This document shows positions 61,916-64,000 of a DNA stretch of 64,000 nt, one piece after another. The stretch lies in contig CM074804.1 of assembly GCA_037447605.1 (NCBI GenBank), positions 124,001 through 188,000 of the forward strand, read 5' to 3'. The position numbers were made by a program, and so were the translations under genes. The stretch comes from Zygnema circumcarinatum SAG 698-1b. Lineage: Eukaryota > Plantae > Zygnematophyceae. How positions within the stretch are numbered: the first letter of the stretch is position 1; the number at the start of each line of letters is the position of its first letter. The notes under the pieces were generated by a model. It had not been told where the DNA came from. It ran no database searches and was given only the letters and a program-made list of their open reading frames with translations.

Positions 61916-64000
61916 ATGGCGCACGCGTTTTTGAGCATATGCGGGTCGACGCAGGCGATTCTTAGCAGTTCCGCTGCTGTTTCACAGATTTCCGCTCATG
62001 TGCCCCCTACTGTGAGGGAGAGAGCCTCTGCTTTGAAGGCATGGCCGCCCTCTGCGTCCTTGTCAGGGAGCTCCTCGGGCTTTCGAGGGCTAGAGCAGGA
62101 CGCATATTTTCTCGCAGCCAAAAAGAGGAGGAGCAGAAGTTCCAGCAGTAGAAGCCGCCGTGAAGTCACCGTGACGGCCATGGCCGCCGACTTCTACTCT
62201 ACGCTTGGAGTGCAGAAGTCGGCCAGCAAGCAGGACATTAAGAGTGCGTATAGACGTTTGGCTCGCCAGGTGAACTGAACTAACTTGCTCCGCAGCATGC
62301 TTGAACTCCCCTCCCCTCCCNNNNNNNNNNACTCCCCTCCCCTCCCCTCCCCTCCCCTCCCCTCCCCTCCCCTCCCCTCCAATGAATTTGTGGCAGCCAC
62401 GTGGTAGACCCATGAATTTTGATGACGTAATTAGTGATGTTTTGACGAGCTATTTTGCTGCTCTCCTCTATGGAATTATTCGCATTTGCAGTTTCATCCA
62501 GATGTGAATAAGGAGCCGGGTGCGGAGGACAAGTTTAAAGAAATCAGCAATGCCTATGAGGTACAGTTCCTTTTAATCATCAAAACATTCGAATCTCTGC
62601 GTCCATTGATTTCAAATTTTAAATTTTACAAGTAATTACACGTCCATTGGTTTCCTATTTATTTTTCATTTTTTGTTGTCAGTTTCCCATCTTTTGGCAC
62701 AGTCTCTCTTCGTCCAAAGAGTTTTTGGGACTGCAAGATTCAATGGGAAAAAATACGGCTTCCTGCTGTTGCTGCTATTTTTTGGGTATTGTGAGCTTAC
62801 TAGGTTTTTTCATCAGTGGATGCTTCTAGATACAATCCTTGAACTTTCTGGATGATTTTTGGAATGCAGGTATTATCAGACGATGAGAAGAGGTCACTTT
62901 ACGACCGCTTTGGAGAAGAGGGAGTGAAATCAGGCGGAATGGGAGGGGGTCAGGGACAGGCCTACACGGTAAAGGATGGATGTGATTTGCAGTTATTTTC
63001 TTTAAATAGTAACCTCTTGTAGCTATTCATGTACTCTTGTTTTTGCTTCCTGTCTTTCTGATTCCTACAATTTTATGCTGTTTTTATGATTTTCACGTTG
63101 CTTTCTGCTTGTTGTAGGCCTCACACTTATGGCTGTCTGTATAGGGGCGAGAGCAAATGTCCTGGTTCCTTGCTGTGCTTACATTCGACAGTTTTTTGCT
63201 CTCTTTTCTGGCAGACAAATCCATTTGACTTATTTGAATCAATTTTTGGAGCGTCCATGGGAACAATGGGAGGAAGGGGAGGCATGGGGGGCATGGGCTC
63301 TGGGACCAAGAGGAGAGGACCAATGGAAGGCCAGAGTGTAAGGTTAGTGAGAATATATTGGCTCTATCCCACTCCCCTCCACGTCACTCTCTCTCCATCT
63401 CTCCCGTCCTCTGGTATGTACCATCACAATCTGTATGATCGTCCTGAAGTCCTTAAACATAGTGAATGGTATACAGAACACAAGAGTAATGCTGGGCATA
63501 TCTCGGAGATCTGTGTGCAGGATGGACTTAACTCTCGACCTGATGGAGGCGGTTTTTGGGGTCGAAAAAACGCTCGAAGTTCAGCGACTTGAGTCTTGCC
63601 AACAGTGCTTTGGTTCGGGATCAAAGTCCGGAACAAGCCCCAAAAAGTGTCCTTCATGCGGAGGAATGGGACAAGTGATGCGGGTTCAGCAAACAGCATT
63701 TGGAACTTTCTCGCAGGCATGGAGTCTTTTCGCAGAACTGCTTTCCCCTTCCTTTTGCGGCTTTTGGTGGTTGACATCTTTATTGGTATTATCATATCAA
63801 AGCCAAAAGTTTGTATTTTCTTTTTAACCAAAAGGTTGTACTAACCGAACGCCTGGATTGTAAGGATTTGGAGCTTTGTGGTTTTTGGAATTTCACATCC
63901 GTTATGGGGCCGGCACAGGTGACGATATGTGGTGAGTGTCAAGGGCAAGGAGAGATCATCTCCGAATTTTGCAGAAGATGTGGGGGGGAGGGGCGTGTGA
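61916..64000 (+). CDS. dnaJ: Plastid type-A DnaJ chaperone, 5' part: exons 61916-62269, 62492-62560, 62870-62968, 63215-63342, 63521-63716, 63919-end
   Basis: Transit peptide, J domain DFYSTLGV...RQ|FHPDVNK, G/F-rich region, and CxxCxGxG zinc-finger repeats. Confidence 0.95.

Overview
Eukaryotic, intron-rich, microsatellite-rich DNA with five 10-N gaps. The gene set is plant-like (IMPL1, plastid DnaJ, fibrillin, plant-type TPR and glycosyltransferase genes). It also includes a selenocysteine-type thioredoxin reductase, which land plants lack, so a streptophyte green alga is the best inference. Contents from left to right: orphan ARPC1 exons; IMPL1 (+); a 14-exon high-Mr thioredoxin reductase (-) ending Gly-Cys-TGA-Gly-TAA with a form-2 SECIS about 215 nt downstream; a full-length Ty1/copia element (identical 315-bp LTRs, ATCTC TSD, broken internal ORF) in a divergent promoter; an amino-acid transporter (+); a degenerate PGK domain fused in frame to a TrmB tRNA m7G46 methyltransferase (+); an alpha/beta hydrolase (+); a TPR protein (+); a PAP-fibrillin (+); a glycosyltransferase-like gene (+) preceded by MSA-like motifs; CTNNBL1 (-); a decaying MTRR/CPR-like diflavin reductase fragment (-) not shown in the ORF track; a 468-bp hAT-type MITE; a 1314-bp duplication across a gap (probably an assembly artefact); an intronless bacterial-like GT2 (-); and a plastid DnaJ (+, runs off the window). 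The strongest signal is the complete Sec-recoding system (UGA plus SECIS). Dense GTAC clusters recur in 5' flanks, and many introns lack a polypyrimidine tract. All gene models were spliced by eye and all homology calls are from recalled family motifs; no database search was run.
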